From an uncultured Acidobacteriaceae bacterium (GTDB lineage: Bacteria; Acidobacteriota; Terriglobia; Terriglobales; Acidobacteriaceae): a stretch of DNA of 64,000 nucleotides. The stretch is taken from contig CAYOEH010000002.1 of assembly GCA_964403025.1 (NCBI GenBank), positions 341,921 to 405,920 of the forward strand, in the 5' to 3' direction. Numbering within the stretch: the first letter of the stretch is position 1; the number at the start of each line of letters is the position of its first letter. Below the pieces are notes generated by a model. The model saw only the letters and a program-made list of their open reading frames with translations, was not told where the DNA came from and searched no databases. The position numbers and the translations under genes were made by a program. Below are positions 46,200 through 55,659 of the stretch, in pieces.

Positions 46200-47588
46200 T
46201 TAGCGGCGAGTCCGCGTCCGTGGGGGACGGGCGCCAGTGCTGGATTTAGCGCGGCTCGCCTCTTCAGTCTTGAACACGCGGGAAAAAATCTTGTCCACGT
46301 TCTTCAGTTGTCGCTGCAGGTCGAATGCATACTCGATTTGCTTGCGCGGAACTTTTCCTGTGATCTCTTTGTCCGCAAGTACCAGGTCGTGAAAGTTCAG
46401 ACCTTCTTTCCATGCGCGCATCGCGTGTCCCTGCACCAACCGGTAAGCGTCCTCGCGGGAAACTCCATGCTCCACTAGATCAAGCAAAAGTTGGCCGCTG
46501 AAAATGAGCCCGTGCGTACTCTCCAGGTTGGCCAGCATCCGCTTGGGATACACAAACATTGTTTCGATCAGATTGGCCGTCTTGTTCAACAAGTAATCGA
46601 TGAGCGTGGTGGAATCGGGCAAAATCACGCGCTCGGCCGAAGAGTGCGAGATGTCGCGCTCGTGCCACAAGGCAACATTTTCAAATCCGGCTTGAGCATT
46701 GCCTCGCACCACTCGCGCCAAGCCGCTGATCTGCTCGCTGGTCACTGGATTTCGCTTGTGCGGCATCGCCGAAGATCCCTTTTGCTTTTCACTGAAAAAC
46801 TCCTCAGCTTCGCGAACCTCTGTGCGCTGCAGGTGCCGAACCTCTGTGGCAATCTTGTCCAAGGTAGAGGCGATCACCGCCAGCGTCGCAAGATAATGCG
46901 CGTGCCGGTCGCGCTGGATCACCTGGGATGACACGGCCGCCGCCTTCAATCCCAGGCGGGCGCAAATGTTCTCCTCAATCTCCGGCGTGAGATGGGCGAA
47001 GATCCCGACCGCGCCTGAAAATTTTCCAACTCTCAAATCCTCGGCCGCCGCCTTGAAGCGGACGATGTTTCGCTGCGTTTCCGAATACCAGTTCGCCAGC
47101 TTGAAGCCGAACGTAATCGGCTCGGCGTGAATGCCGTGCGTTCGCCCCACCATCGGCGTGTCTTTAAATTCCCACGCCCTTCGTTCGAGCACCTCAGCCA
47201 GCCGTTCAAGATCCTGCGCAATCAGCGCCGAAGCTTGCTTGATCAGCAAAGCCTGCGCGGTATCGACCACATCATTGGAGGTGAGTCCGTAGTGAAACCA
47301 GCGCGCATCGGGGCCCACGATCTCAGCTACCGCCGTGGTGAAGGCAATTACATCGTGACGCACTTCGGCTTCAATCTCGTGGATGCGCTCCACGCTGAAA
47401 TCGGCGCGATCGCGAATGGATTTCGCCGCGGCCTTGGGAACCATTCCCACCTCGGCCAGAGTTTCCGTGGCGGCCACTTCCACCGCCAGCCAGGTGCGGA
47501 AGCGGTTCTCGTCATTCCAGATGCGGCCCATTTCCGGGCGGGTGTAGCGCGGGATCAACTCGAAGGCCTCCTGTCGATGCCGATGCAA
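46200..47588 (-). CDS. purB: adenylosuccinate lyase
   Basis: RYTRPEMGRIW... and the fumarate-lyase signature GSSAMPHKRNP. It carries a short basic C-terminal tail. Confidence 0.95.
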   Translation of the reverse strand: MHRHRQEAFELIPRYTRPEMGRIWNDENRFRTWLAVEVAATETLAEVGMVPKAAAKSIRDRADFSVERIHEIEAEVRHDVIAFTTAVAEIVGPDARWFHYGLTSNDVVDTAQALLIKQASALIAQDLERLAEVLERRAWEFKDTPMVGRTHGIHAEPITFGFKLANWYSETQRNIVRFKAAAEDLRVGKFSGAVGIFAHLTPEIEENICARLGLKAAAVSSQVIQRDRHAHYLATLAVIASTLDKIATEVRHLQRTEVREAEEFFSEKQKGSSAMPHKRNPVTSEQISGLARVVRGNAQAGFENVALWHERDISHSSAERVILPDSTTLIDYLLNKTANLIETMFVYPKRMLANLESTHGLIFSGQLLLDLVEHGVSREDAYRLVQGHAMRAWKEGLNFHDLVLADKEITGKVPRKQIEYAFDLQRQLKNVDKIFSRVFKTEEASRAKSSTGARPPRTRTRR

Positions 47589-47667
47589 GCAGGACAGAGG
47601 ATTCTAACTGGAGCAGGAAAAAGAGGCCAGCGGCGGGTAGTGCCCAGGTTGTGCCTATTTCTTTATA

Positions 47668-47682
47668 TATCGTCTTACGATA
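47668..47682. promoter_or_regulatory. candidate MarR operator palindrome
   Basis: TATCGT-CTT-ACGATA lies 43 nt upstream of the marR ATG. A further half-site-like ACGATACA occurs at 47709-47716. Confidence 0.35.
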
Positions 47683-47724
47683 CACTATAAAGGAAGTGGA
47701 TCGCGGCACGATACAATCAGCGAG

Positions 47725-48246
47725 ATGAAGAGGCTCACCTTGTCGGACTACCAGGCGCTGGCCGAGTTCCGTTACCAGATCCGCCGCTTCCTTCATTTCA
47801 GCGAGCAGGCTGTCAAGAAGGCCGGTCTGGAGCGGGGTCAGTACCAGCTGATGCTGGCCATCAAGGGTATGCCGGCCGGGGTGCGTCCGCGCATCCGCGA
47901 GTTAGCCGGCCGCATGGAAATCCGCCACCACAGCGCCGTCGAGCTGGTGAATCGTCTGGAAGCTGGAGGCTTTGTCCACCGCACCCGGGCCCAGGACGAC
48001 CGCCGCGAAGTGCTGCTCGGGCTTACTCCCAAGGGAGAGAAGGTCCTCGCCGAGCTGGCCCTCCATCATCACGACGAACTCCGCAGCGCCGGCCCGGAGC
48101 TGGTGTCCGCCCTTCGCCGCATCATGCGCGAGGGCAACGACGCCGATTCCCAGCATTTCCCCCTCCCGCACGAAAAGGGCCCGTCCGAAAAAGGCGCCGT
48201 CGAAAAAGGCCCGTCTGAAAAAGGAAAGACTGCCAAGCATTCATGA
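47725..48246 (+). CDS. MarR family transcriptional regulator
   Basis: Winged-HTH region (YQLMLAIKG...IRELAGRMEIRHHSAVELVNRLEAGGFVHR...DRREVLLGLTPKG). Its stop overlaps the ClC start (ATGA at 48243-48246). Confidence 0.85.
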   Translation: MKRLTLSDYQALAEFRYQIRRFLHFSEQAVKKAGLERGQYQLMLAIKGMPAGVRPRIRELAGRMEIRHHSAVELVNRLEAGGFVHRTRAQDDRREVLLGLTPKGEKVLAELALHHHDELRSAGPELVSALRRIMREGNDADSQHFPLPHEKGPSEKGAVEKGPSEKGKTAKHS

Positions 48247-49624
48247 ATCTGAAAGCCGATCGCCTCCTGAAGCATCGTTTGCTTCACAAATATGTCTCGC
48301 TGGTTCGTGAAGATCTTACCGCGGTCTATGCGCGCGATCTGCGCAAGTGGCTCATCATCGCGCCCGTGATTGGCCTAACCACTGGCTTGGTGATCACCGG
48401 AGTCGTAGTCATCATTCTCTGTAAGTTGTGGCCTCCCGTGCTCGCCTACTATCTGCACCATCACTGGGCGATCGTGCCGGGATTAGTTCTGGGCTTCCTC
48501 GCTACCGGACTCCTGATGCAATTTCTCACTCCGGATCCCAACGAACACTCCACCGAAGAAATCATCCGTTCCTACCACGAGCACGAAGGCGAAGTCGATA
48601 TGCGCTCCTTCGTGCCCAAGCTGCTGGCGGCCATCACCACGGTCGGCTTTGGCGGGAGCGCCGCGCTCGAAGGCCCCAGCATTTACGGCGGCGCGGCCAT
48701 CGGCTCGTGGCTTTGGACCAAGCTCCGGCATCTGCGTCTCCGCCTCCGCCTCGAAGACCGTGACCGCCGTATCATGTTGATCTGCGGCGCGGCCGCCGGC
48801 ATGTCCGCCGTTTTTCGCGCGCCGCTCACCGGCATCGTGTTCGCTCTCGAGATGCCCTACCGCGACGACCTGGCGCACGAAGCTCTGGTGCCCTCGCTGA
48901 TCGCCTCGGTCGTCTCTTTCGTCACCCTCAGTTCTTTTCTCGGCGCGGCCCCGCTTTTCAACTTCGTCGGCTCTACCGGATTTGCCCGCCGCGATCTCTA
49001 CTGGAGCGCGCTGCTCGGCTTAATCGTAGGGCTGCTCGCCATGGTCTTTGTGATTACTTTTCGCCGCGCCCGCAGTTTTTTTTTGTGAAGTGGTCGCTGC
49101 CCCATTGGCTCAAGCTCGCAATCGGCGGCTTGCTCACCGGCCTTTGCGGACTTCTCTTCTTACACATCTACCCCGGCAATCTCGTACCCATCGGCCCCAA
49201 CTATGAGGCGGTCGGAGAAATCCTGGCCAAGTCTCACAGCACTTCACAATTAATTGTCTTCAGTGTGCTCAAGCTCGCCGCAACTCTGTTTACGCTCGCT
49301 GCCGGCGGAGTGAGCGCAATGTTCGTTCCACTATTTCTTGCCGGCGGGAGCATCGGAACCGCTTTTGCCCAGTCCATCGTCCACAGCCCCAGCCTCGATC
49401 TTTACGCTGCGGTCGGCATGGCCTCGTTTCTGGCCGCCGGATACAAAACACCGCTGGCTGCGGTTGTTTTTGTTGCGGAAGCGACCGGGGGTCATGCTTT
49501 CATCGTTCCCGCCCTCATCGGAGCCGCCGTAGCCTACGCGGTCTCCGGCGACGCCTCAGCCTCAGGCGACCAACGTCTACACGAGGGCGAAAAGGTAAGG
49601 GAGTATCCAGAGTCACACGTGTGA
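48243..49624 (+). pseudogene. ClC-family chloride channel / H+-Cl- antiporter split at a T9 run (frameshift, sequencing error or recoding)
   Basis: ORF 48243-49088 (GSAALEGPS selectivity motif) and ORF 49085-49624 (GGVSAMFVP motif) are the two halves of one ClC. The frames join as RRARSFFFVKWSLPHW if T9 (49076-49084) is T10. Confidence 0.7.
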
Positions 49625-49950
49625 AATAAGCTTTCCGGCAATTTCTGTCCCGAGGTCACTCGCCGCGAAGATTCCACTTCCTCGCACCGGCAGCATAATT
49701 TGTATTGCCAACGGTCGCTGTCTTTGAGTATTCTTCCGCAATCCCCAGAGCCGCACTCTGCAGGGAAGCGTGTATCTGATGGCGATAGCTGACCTCAAGC
49801 GATCACGTCCTTATCTGCGCAGCCCGCTCCTGCGTTTAAGCGTGCAACACCGGCTGCGCCCTTTCTTCTGTTGTCGATCCGCTTGTCCACTCGCCAAGAA
49901 TCCGATTCAGCAATAACCGACCATTTCAAGTCCGAACTCAGGGAGAAGCA

Positions 49951-52900
49951 ATGCTGAAGCTACAAGCTAGATTGATCTGGATTAGTTTTCTCGCAGTGGC
50001 GTTCCTCGCCCAGTCCTTCGCACAGGGCGGCGCGACGGGCGCGATCACCGGCACAATTCAGGATCCCAGCGGCGCGGTCGTCGCCAACGCCGATGTGCGT
50101 ATCACCAACCAGGAAACAGGCGTGCTCGAGCGCAGCGTCACTTCCGGCGGCGATGGTTCTTTCACCGCTCCGCTTCTGCCGGTAGGCCAATTTACGGTGA
50201 GCGTCCATGCGCCCGGCTTCTCCGAATCCACCTTTCGTGACATTGTCGTGCGCGTCACCGAAACCACGCGCTTGATCGCCAGGCTTAAGACTCAGGCGGT
50301 GCAGCAGCAGGTAGAAGTGCAAGCCGAAGTGCAGCAGGTCGATACCACCGACGCCACAACCGGCCAGGCCATCGAATCAAGCACCATCAAGAGCTTGCCG
50401 CTCGCCACGCAAAACTTTCAGCAGTTACTCACGCTCTCCAGCGGCGCGCAAGGCGAGTTGAATGCCGCCTCGCAGCTGGGACGTGGCAACGTCCGCATTG
50501 AAGTAAATGGCCAGCGCGAAGATAACAACAACTATCAGATCGAAGGCATCAGCGCGACCGACTACAACGTCGCCGAGTTGACGACCACGCCCTTGCCAAA
50601 TCCCGCGGTCATTCAGGAATTCAAGGTGCAGACCTCGCTCTATGACGCCACTCAGGGCCGCAACGGCGGCGGTAACATCAATGCCATTCTGAAGACGGGC
50701 ACCAACGCCTTCCACGGCGAAGCCTACGAGTTCTTCCGCAACACCGTGCTGGACGCGAACGACTACTTCCTCAACGGCGCGGGCGAGCCCAGACCGGTAA
50801 TCAAGCAGAACATTTTCGGCGGCGACATTGGCGGCCCCATCGGCACCGGCGGCAAGCTCGGTTTCTTCTTCGTCAACTATTCGGGAACCCGCCAGCGCAG
50901 CGGCGATTCCCCAGGAACCATCATCAGCACACTCATTCCGTATATTCCAGCGGCCGATCGTGTTCCCTCCGGGTATCCCGCCCTGGAATCGGCTTTCCAC
51001 CTCGCCGGCGTCGATCCAGTTGCCGCATCGCTGGTGGCGTTTCAAAGCAATCAATTCGGTGCGGCTGGCAATGGTTATCTCTACCCCTTGCCCAACGTTT
51101 CCGCTGGAACCGCTGCGGGCGCCATCGTTCCCTTCAGCACGAGTATCCCCGGCACGTACACCGACGACCAATTCACCGCTACCTGGGATCGCGAATTCCG
51201 CAATTCCAACGACAAGCTCTCGATCAATTTCTTTTTCCAAGATTTTCAATCCGACGTGCCCTTCGGCGCAGGCGGTCTGCAAGCCTCTCTCGGCGGCAGC
51301 ATCAGCAGCGGAGACCTCAACTTCCCCTACCAACTTCCGGTGAAAGATCGGGTCTTCTCGCTTACCGAGACTCACGTTTTCTCTCCCACCCTGGTCAACG
51401 ATTTCCGCCTCGGCTTTATTCGCATCAACAACAGCGATATTAATGTTCCACCGGTCACCGCCGCCGATGCCGGAATCACCCGCCCCACCAACAATCTCAC
51501 CGACAACATTTACAAATTCACTTTTGTCAGCTCTGGATTTCAGTTCGGTCCCACACCCCAAGCCAACCAGTATCAGGCGCAGAACAACTTCAATTTCATC
51601 GACACGCTGGGCTGGGTGAGGGGTAAACACAACTGGCGGTTCGGTGGCGAGTTCACTCCGGTCGCCCTCAATAAACAGTTTCCGCAAGTCTTCAACGGCC
51701 AGCTTTATTTTGGCGATTCCACAACCACGACCGCTCCGGGATGCACTGTCGCCAATCCGTGCCCGGTCAGCGATGTCGGCAATTTTCTGCAAGGCGCTCC
51801 GGAATTCAGCTTCGGCGGTGGCGGCGTTTACAACCACAATTACCGCCAGAAAAATTCCGCCGTATTCGTGCAGGACGACTGGAAGGCCACGCAGAACGTC
51901 ACTCTGAACCTCGGCCTCCGCACGGAATTCTTCGGCGCCTGGAGCGACAACGCCTGCCACATCGGCAACATGGAATCCGACCTCACCAAGTCCGGCCAGT
52001 ATCCCTTCATCTATCCCAGCTGCGTGAACAAGCTGGGTGTTCCCGGCCTCACTGGAAACGCGGCTGGATCCACTTTCAAAAACAGCGTCTCCACCGGAAT
52101 CGGCCCGCGCATCGGCTTCGCCTGGGATGTGATGGGCCATCACAACACGACCATTCGCGGCGGCTACGGCATCTTCTACGTTCGTGAAGATGTAGGAGCG
52201 GTCGACCAGCTCAGCTTCCAGTCCCCGTTCATCCCCATCGTGTTTTTCGGACAGACCCCCGGCTTCACCATGTCTGATTTCTTCACCGGAACTCCCGCCA
52301 CCAATTCCAACGCGGTGCCGGCTGCTGGACAATTATCCGGCGCGTGGCTTCCCTGCCTGGCTCATCTCACAAGTTTCGCGCCCAGCAACAATCCGCTAGT
52401 CGGAGACGCGAACTACGCCTGCACTGGCGGTCCCGGAGTGAATTCCACCCAAAACCTGTTCGTGCTCGAAGTTCCCCGGCACTTCGTAGTCCCCAACACG
52501 CAGCAATGGAACCTCACCGTCCAGCGCGATCTGGGCCGCAAATGGGTGCTGGAAGTTGGCTATGTCGGCACCAAAGGCACGCACTTGCGCGAAACGCGTG
52601 ACGCCATCCAGTCCGTCAACGCCACTCCCGCGAACCCATTCGTCGTCACCGACACCAGCGGCAACAATTACACAATCACCAACAACACTTTTTCCAATGC
52701 CATCGCCCGGACACCCACGCCCGGATTGAACGGCTATTCGGGTTATCAGATCTTCGCCAACGATGCGTACTCCATCTATCACTCTCTTCAGGGCACCGTC
52801 TCGCGGCGATGGGAGCGTGGCTACATTCAGGCCGCCTACACTTTTTCCAAAAACATTGATGCGACCTCAACCGGCAACACCGCCAACAACACGGCCTTCA

Positions 52901-53580
52901 ACGACGAGAGTACGATCAACGCCTCCCGCGGAATCTCTGACTTCAACCGTCCGAACGTGCTAAAACTCAGCTACGTTTACGACCTCCCATTCTTCGCACA
53001 CGCGGCCGGATTCAGGCGTGGCGCGCTCGGGGGATGGTCCGTCAGCGGCGTCACCAGCTTCCAAAATTCCCTGCCGTTTTCTGTTCTGGATTCCAACGGT
53101 GGCAACGCCTTTCTGGGAGCCGGCACGTCGCCCGTGGCCGCAAGTCTGGCTTCCGGCGCCACCATTGGCAGTGGCATGAGTTCCGGCAGCGTCTCGCAGC
53201 GCCTGAGCGGATGGCTGAACCCAGCCGCCTTCACCACCGCACCGCAGCTCTATCCCATGCAATGCCTGACTAGCGCCGACTTCTGCACCACCGGCTTCGG
53301 CGACCTCGGCCGCAACATTTATCGCGGCCCATTCCAGCAGAACTGGGATTTCTCCCTGATCAAGCACTTCCGAATTACGGAGCGGCAGGATCTCCGCTTC
53401 GCCGCTGATTTCTTCAACCTGTGGAATCACCCGAATTTCGGCACTCCACTGATCACCGACTATGAACAATATCTGGCCTGGTCCTCCGGCCCCAAGACCA
53501 GCCCGGACCCATTTGGCGAGATCGTCAGCACCACCGGAACTCCGCGCCTGATCCAGTTTTCGCTGCGCTGGGCATTCTGA
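49951..53580 (+). CDS. TonB-dependent receptor with N-terminal carboxypeptidase-regulatory-like domain
   Basis: Signal peptide. ITGTIQDPSGAVVANADVRITN...GSFTAPLLPVGQFTV is CarboxypepD_reg-like. A plug region and a long barrel of about 1000 aa follow, ending ...FSLRWAF. Confidence 0.9.
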   Translation: MLKLQARLIWISFLAVAFLAQSFAQGGATGAITGTIQDPSGAVVANADVRITNQETGVLERSVTSGGDGSFTAPLLPVGQFTVSVHAPGFSESTFRDIVVRVTETTRLIARLKTQAVQQQVEVQAEVQQVDTTDATTGQAIESSTIKSLPLATQNFQQLLTLSSGAQGELNAASQLGRGNVRIEVNGQREDNNNYQIEGISATDYNVAELTTTPLPNPAVIQEFKVQTSLYDATQGRNGGGNINAILKTGTNAFHGEAYEFFRNTVLDANDYFLNGAGEPRPVIKQNIFGGDIGGPIGTGGKLGFFFVNYSGTRQRSGDSPGTIISTLIPYIPAADRVPSGYPALESAFHLAGVDPVAASLVAFQSNQFGAAGNGYLYPLPNVSAGTAAGAIVPFSTSIPGTYTDDQFTATWDREFRNSNDKLSINFFFQDFQSDVPFGAGGLQASLGGSISSGDLNFPYQLPVKDRVFSLTETHVFSPTLVNDFRLGFIRINNSDINVPPVTAADAGITRPTNNLTDNIYKFTFVSSGFQFGPTPQANQYQAQNNFNFIDTLGWVRGKHNWRFGGEFTPVALNKQFPQVFNGQLYFGDSTTTTAPGCTVANPCPVSDVGNFLQGAPEFSFGGGGVYNHNYRQKNSAVFVQDDWKATQNVTLNLGLRTEFFGAWSDNACHIGNMESDLTKSGQYPFIYPSCVNKLGVPGLTGNAAGSTFKNSVSTGIGPRIGFAWDVMGHHNTTIRGGYGIFYVREDVGAVDQLSFQSPFIPIVFFGQTPGFTMSDFFTGTPATNSNAVPAAGQLSGAWLPCLAHLTSFAPSNNPLVGDANYACTGGPGVNSTQNLFVLEVPRHFVVPNTQQWNLTVQRDLGRKWVLEVGYVGTKGTHLRETRDAIQSVNATPANPFVVTDTSGNNYTITNNTFSNAIARTPTPGLNGYSGYQIFANDAYSIYHSLQGTVSRRWERGYIQAAYTFSKNIDATSTGNTANNTAFNDESTINASRGISDFNRPNVLKLSYVYDLPFFAHAAGFRRGALGGWSVSGVTSFQNSLPFSVLDSNGGNAFLGAGTSPVAASLASGATIGSGMSSGSVSQRLSGWLNPAAFTTAPQLYPMQCLTSADFCTTGFGDLGRNIYRGPFQQNWDFSLIKHFRITERQDLRFAADFFNLWNHPNFGTPLITDYEQYLAWSSGPKTSPDPFGEIVSTTGTPRLIQFSLRWAF

Positions 53581-53597
53581 TCCATAGCCAAAAAGAG

Positions 53598-53628
53598 AAG
53601 CCGGGAAGCGTCGCTTCCCGGCTTTTTT
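53598..53628 (+). terminator. intrinsic terminator after the TonB-dependent receptor
   Basis: aagccgggaagc-gtc-gcttcccggctt followed by tttttt. Confidence 0.85.
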
Positions 53629-53659
53629 CTTGCTTCGATTTCAGAGTCTTCGCTGAACT

Positions 53660-54622
53660 CTACGGTCGCTTCTCCGCTTCCGTAATCAGCGGCCGCAGTG
53701 CGTCCACCGAGAATCCCAGCGTACCCCCGGAAAATCCGTCAATGTAGGCGGAATTGATTCCAATCACTTCCGCATTGGAGTTGAACACCGGCCCACCGCT
53801 GCCGCCGTGTGCCGTGGGCGCGTCGTAAATCAGCTTGTCTCCCACCACATCGCCCAGGTGCCCGCACGTGGTCGAAGGACGAATCAGCGACAACGCCGCC
53901 AGTTCACTCGCCGCCGTGATGTCGTTGTGCCGGTACGCCAGCCGCTGGTAAATCCCGCTCGGCGACTTCGCCACCATGCCCGCAATTCCCATCGGATAAC
54001 CGATCACGGTCACCAGTTCTCCCGGCAACGCGCTCCCGCGTGCCAGCGGCAGAACGGCAAGTCCGCGCACCGCGTCCTTATTCACAATCTTCAGAACCGC
54101 CAGATCGCCTGTCGAAGAAACCGACCCGGGCGTCAAGCTGACCGGCGTCGCCGATCCGGGAAAGAACACGACCAGACTCTCCAGCATCGCCGCCGCGCCC
54201 CGATGCATCAGTGCCTCCGCCTCGCTGTCGCCATACCACGGCTCGGCCACATGCCGGTTGGTAGCAAGCAATCCGTCGCCCACCAGAAATCCAGTGCCCG
54301 ACACACGCGCTCGAATCGCTGCCGGCTGGTTCGCAAACCCCACCTGATACACGCCGTAAATGTAGCCAATGGAATTCCGATACCGGTTCAGCACCAGGGC
54401 CGGCATGGCCTGCTCTTTTTCCAGCTGCGCCACTTGCTGCGTCAGCGCATGCACTTGCTTCTGCAGATCGTCCGGCTGCGGCCCTTGCGCCATCCCGGGC
54501 GCATAGTAATGAAACATCGCCACCGCGCCGATCAGCAACACGATCGCCAGCACGGCTTGCACCGCCTGCTGCCAGCTCTCAGTAACTTCGTTCGATTCCT
54601 GTGGAACTTCCGGTTCGGCCAT
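53660..54622 (-). CDS. membrane-anchored trypsin-like (S1) serine protease
   Basis: N-terminal TM segment (AVLAIVLLIGAVAMF). Catalytic His in TNRHVAEP, Asp in GDLAVLKI, Ser in HGGSGGPVF. Confidence 0.8.
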   Translation of the reverse strand: MAEPEVPQESNEVTESWQQAVQAVLAIVLLIGAVAMFHYYAPGMAQGPQPDDLQKQVHALTQQVAQLEKEQAMPALVLNRYRNSIGYIYGVYQVGFANQPAAIRARVSGTGFLVGDGLLATNRHVAEPWYGDSEAEALMHRGAAAMLESLVVFFPGSATPVSLTPGSVSSTGDLAVLKIVNKDAVRGLAVLPLARGSALPGELVTVIGYPMGIAGMVAKSPSGIYQRLAYRHNDITAASELAALSLIRPSTTCGHLGDVVGDKLIYDAPTAHGGSGGPVFNSNAEVIGINSAYIDGFSGGTLGFSVDALRPLITEAEKRP

Positions 54623-54815
54623 GGGTGTGGATGCCGCGCTCTTCCAGTTCGTGCGCGCGGGAGGACGGAAAACGCGCGCCCGGCTCCGAAAGCAGGCGAG
54701 TCGTCATCTTGCCTTGTCCGGCAAGGCTTTTCCACGGTACGGAAGATGATGTACAGGGGATACCAAACGAGCGGGGAGAATGGCAGCCAGCGGCAGTCTG
54801 CCAAATGCAAGCAGG

Positions 54816-55073
54816 CTAAGGCTTTCCGAGGCCCAGCCGCTTGGCCATTTCGTCGTAAAGAAAGCCTTTGCCCGCCTTATAAGGCTGCACCCATTCGCCA
54901 TCGATCACGAATTGCGGCACAGCGCGCTTGCCCGTGTGCTTGACGATCTCTTCTGCCGCGCCCGGCGTGCTCTCTACGTCGATATCTTTATAGGGAACGT
55001 TGTGTTTGGCCAGAAAGCGCTTGGCCTCGCGGCAATCCGGGCACCAGGCAGAAGAGTAAACGGTGAGTTCCAT
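54816..55073 (-). CDS. glutaredoxin-like protein
   Basis: 85 aa. CPDC active site in VYSSAWCPDCREAKRFL, and VPQFVIDG. Confidence 0.8.
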   Translation of the reverse strand: MELTVYSSAWCPDCREAKRFLAKHNVPYKDIDVESTPGAAEEIVKHTGKRAVPQFVIDGEWVQPYKAGKGFLYDEMAKRLGLGKP

Positions 55074-55143
55074 AAATCGATTGGATAATGACCTTTCAGA
55101 TACTGTCGCGCGGACCTGACTTGCCGCGCCTTTCGATCGTATC

Positions 55144-55503
55144 CTACACGTGTTCCAGTTGCCTCACCGTACGTTCATTGACCACGTTCCCCGTATTCAG
55201 CGTCGAAGCCGGCTCAAACAGGATAAGCCAGCATTCCTCGTCCGCCACCGGTCGATGCTCCACCCCGCGCGGCACCACGATAAACTCGCCTTCCTCGATC
55301 CACTCGTGCCGGTCGCGGAATTCCATGCGGAAGCGTCCTTTCACGACCAGGAACATCTCGTCTTCGTTTTCGTGATGATGAAACACGAACTCGCCCTTCA
55401 GTTTGTCGAGCTTCACGTGTTGGCCGTTCAACTCTGCAGCAATGTAGGGCTTCCAGTATTCCGAAATCTTTGCGAATTTATCGGCAATGTTGACTTTGGT
55501 CAT
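55144..55503 (-). CDS. cupin domain protein
   Basis: 119 aa. GEFVFHHHENEDEMFLVVKG and VVPRGVEHRP are the two cupin motifs. Confidence 0.8.
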   Translation of the reverse strand: MTKVNIADKFAKISEYWKPYIAAELNGQHVKLDKLKGEFVFHHHENEDEMFLVVKGRFRMEFRDRHEWIEEGEFIVVPRGVEHRPVADEECWLILFEPASTLNTGNVVNERTVRQLEHV

Positions 55504-55578
55504 GAAGCGCTCCCCCTGCTGACTTTTGACCGCACTCTACAGATTCGCTGAAAACTGAATTGGTCGCAGAATCGGGTG

Positions 55579-55612
55579 CCCCACCCTTGCGCGCTTTTTG
55601 CGCAGGGTGGGG
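55579..55612. repeat. REP-like CCCCACCCT hairpin
   Basis: ccccacccttgcgcgc-ttttt-gcgcagggtgggg between the SDR and cupin genes. Same family as 9404-9445. Confidence 0.7.
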
Positions 55613-55659
55613 ATTTTGATTCCTTCATCCTCTTCGACCACCACGCATCGCTCGCCCTC

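Noticed and set aside
50425-52332. 635-aa minus-strand ORF inside the TonB-dependent receptor
   Set aside because: It is a shadow ORF. The plus frame has the signal peptide, the CarboxypepD_reg domain and a terminal aromatic residue typical of OM barrels.
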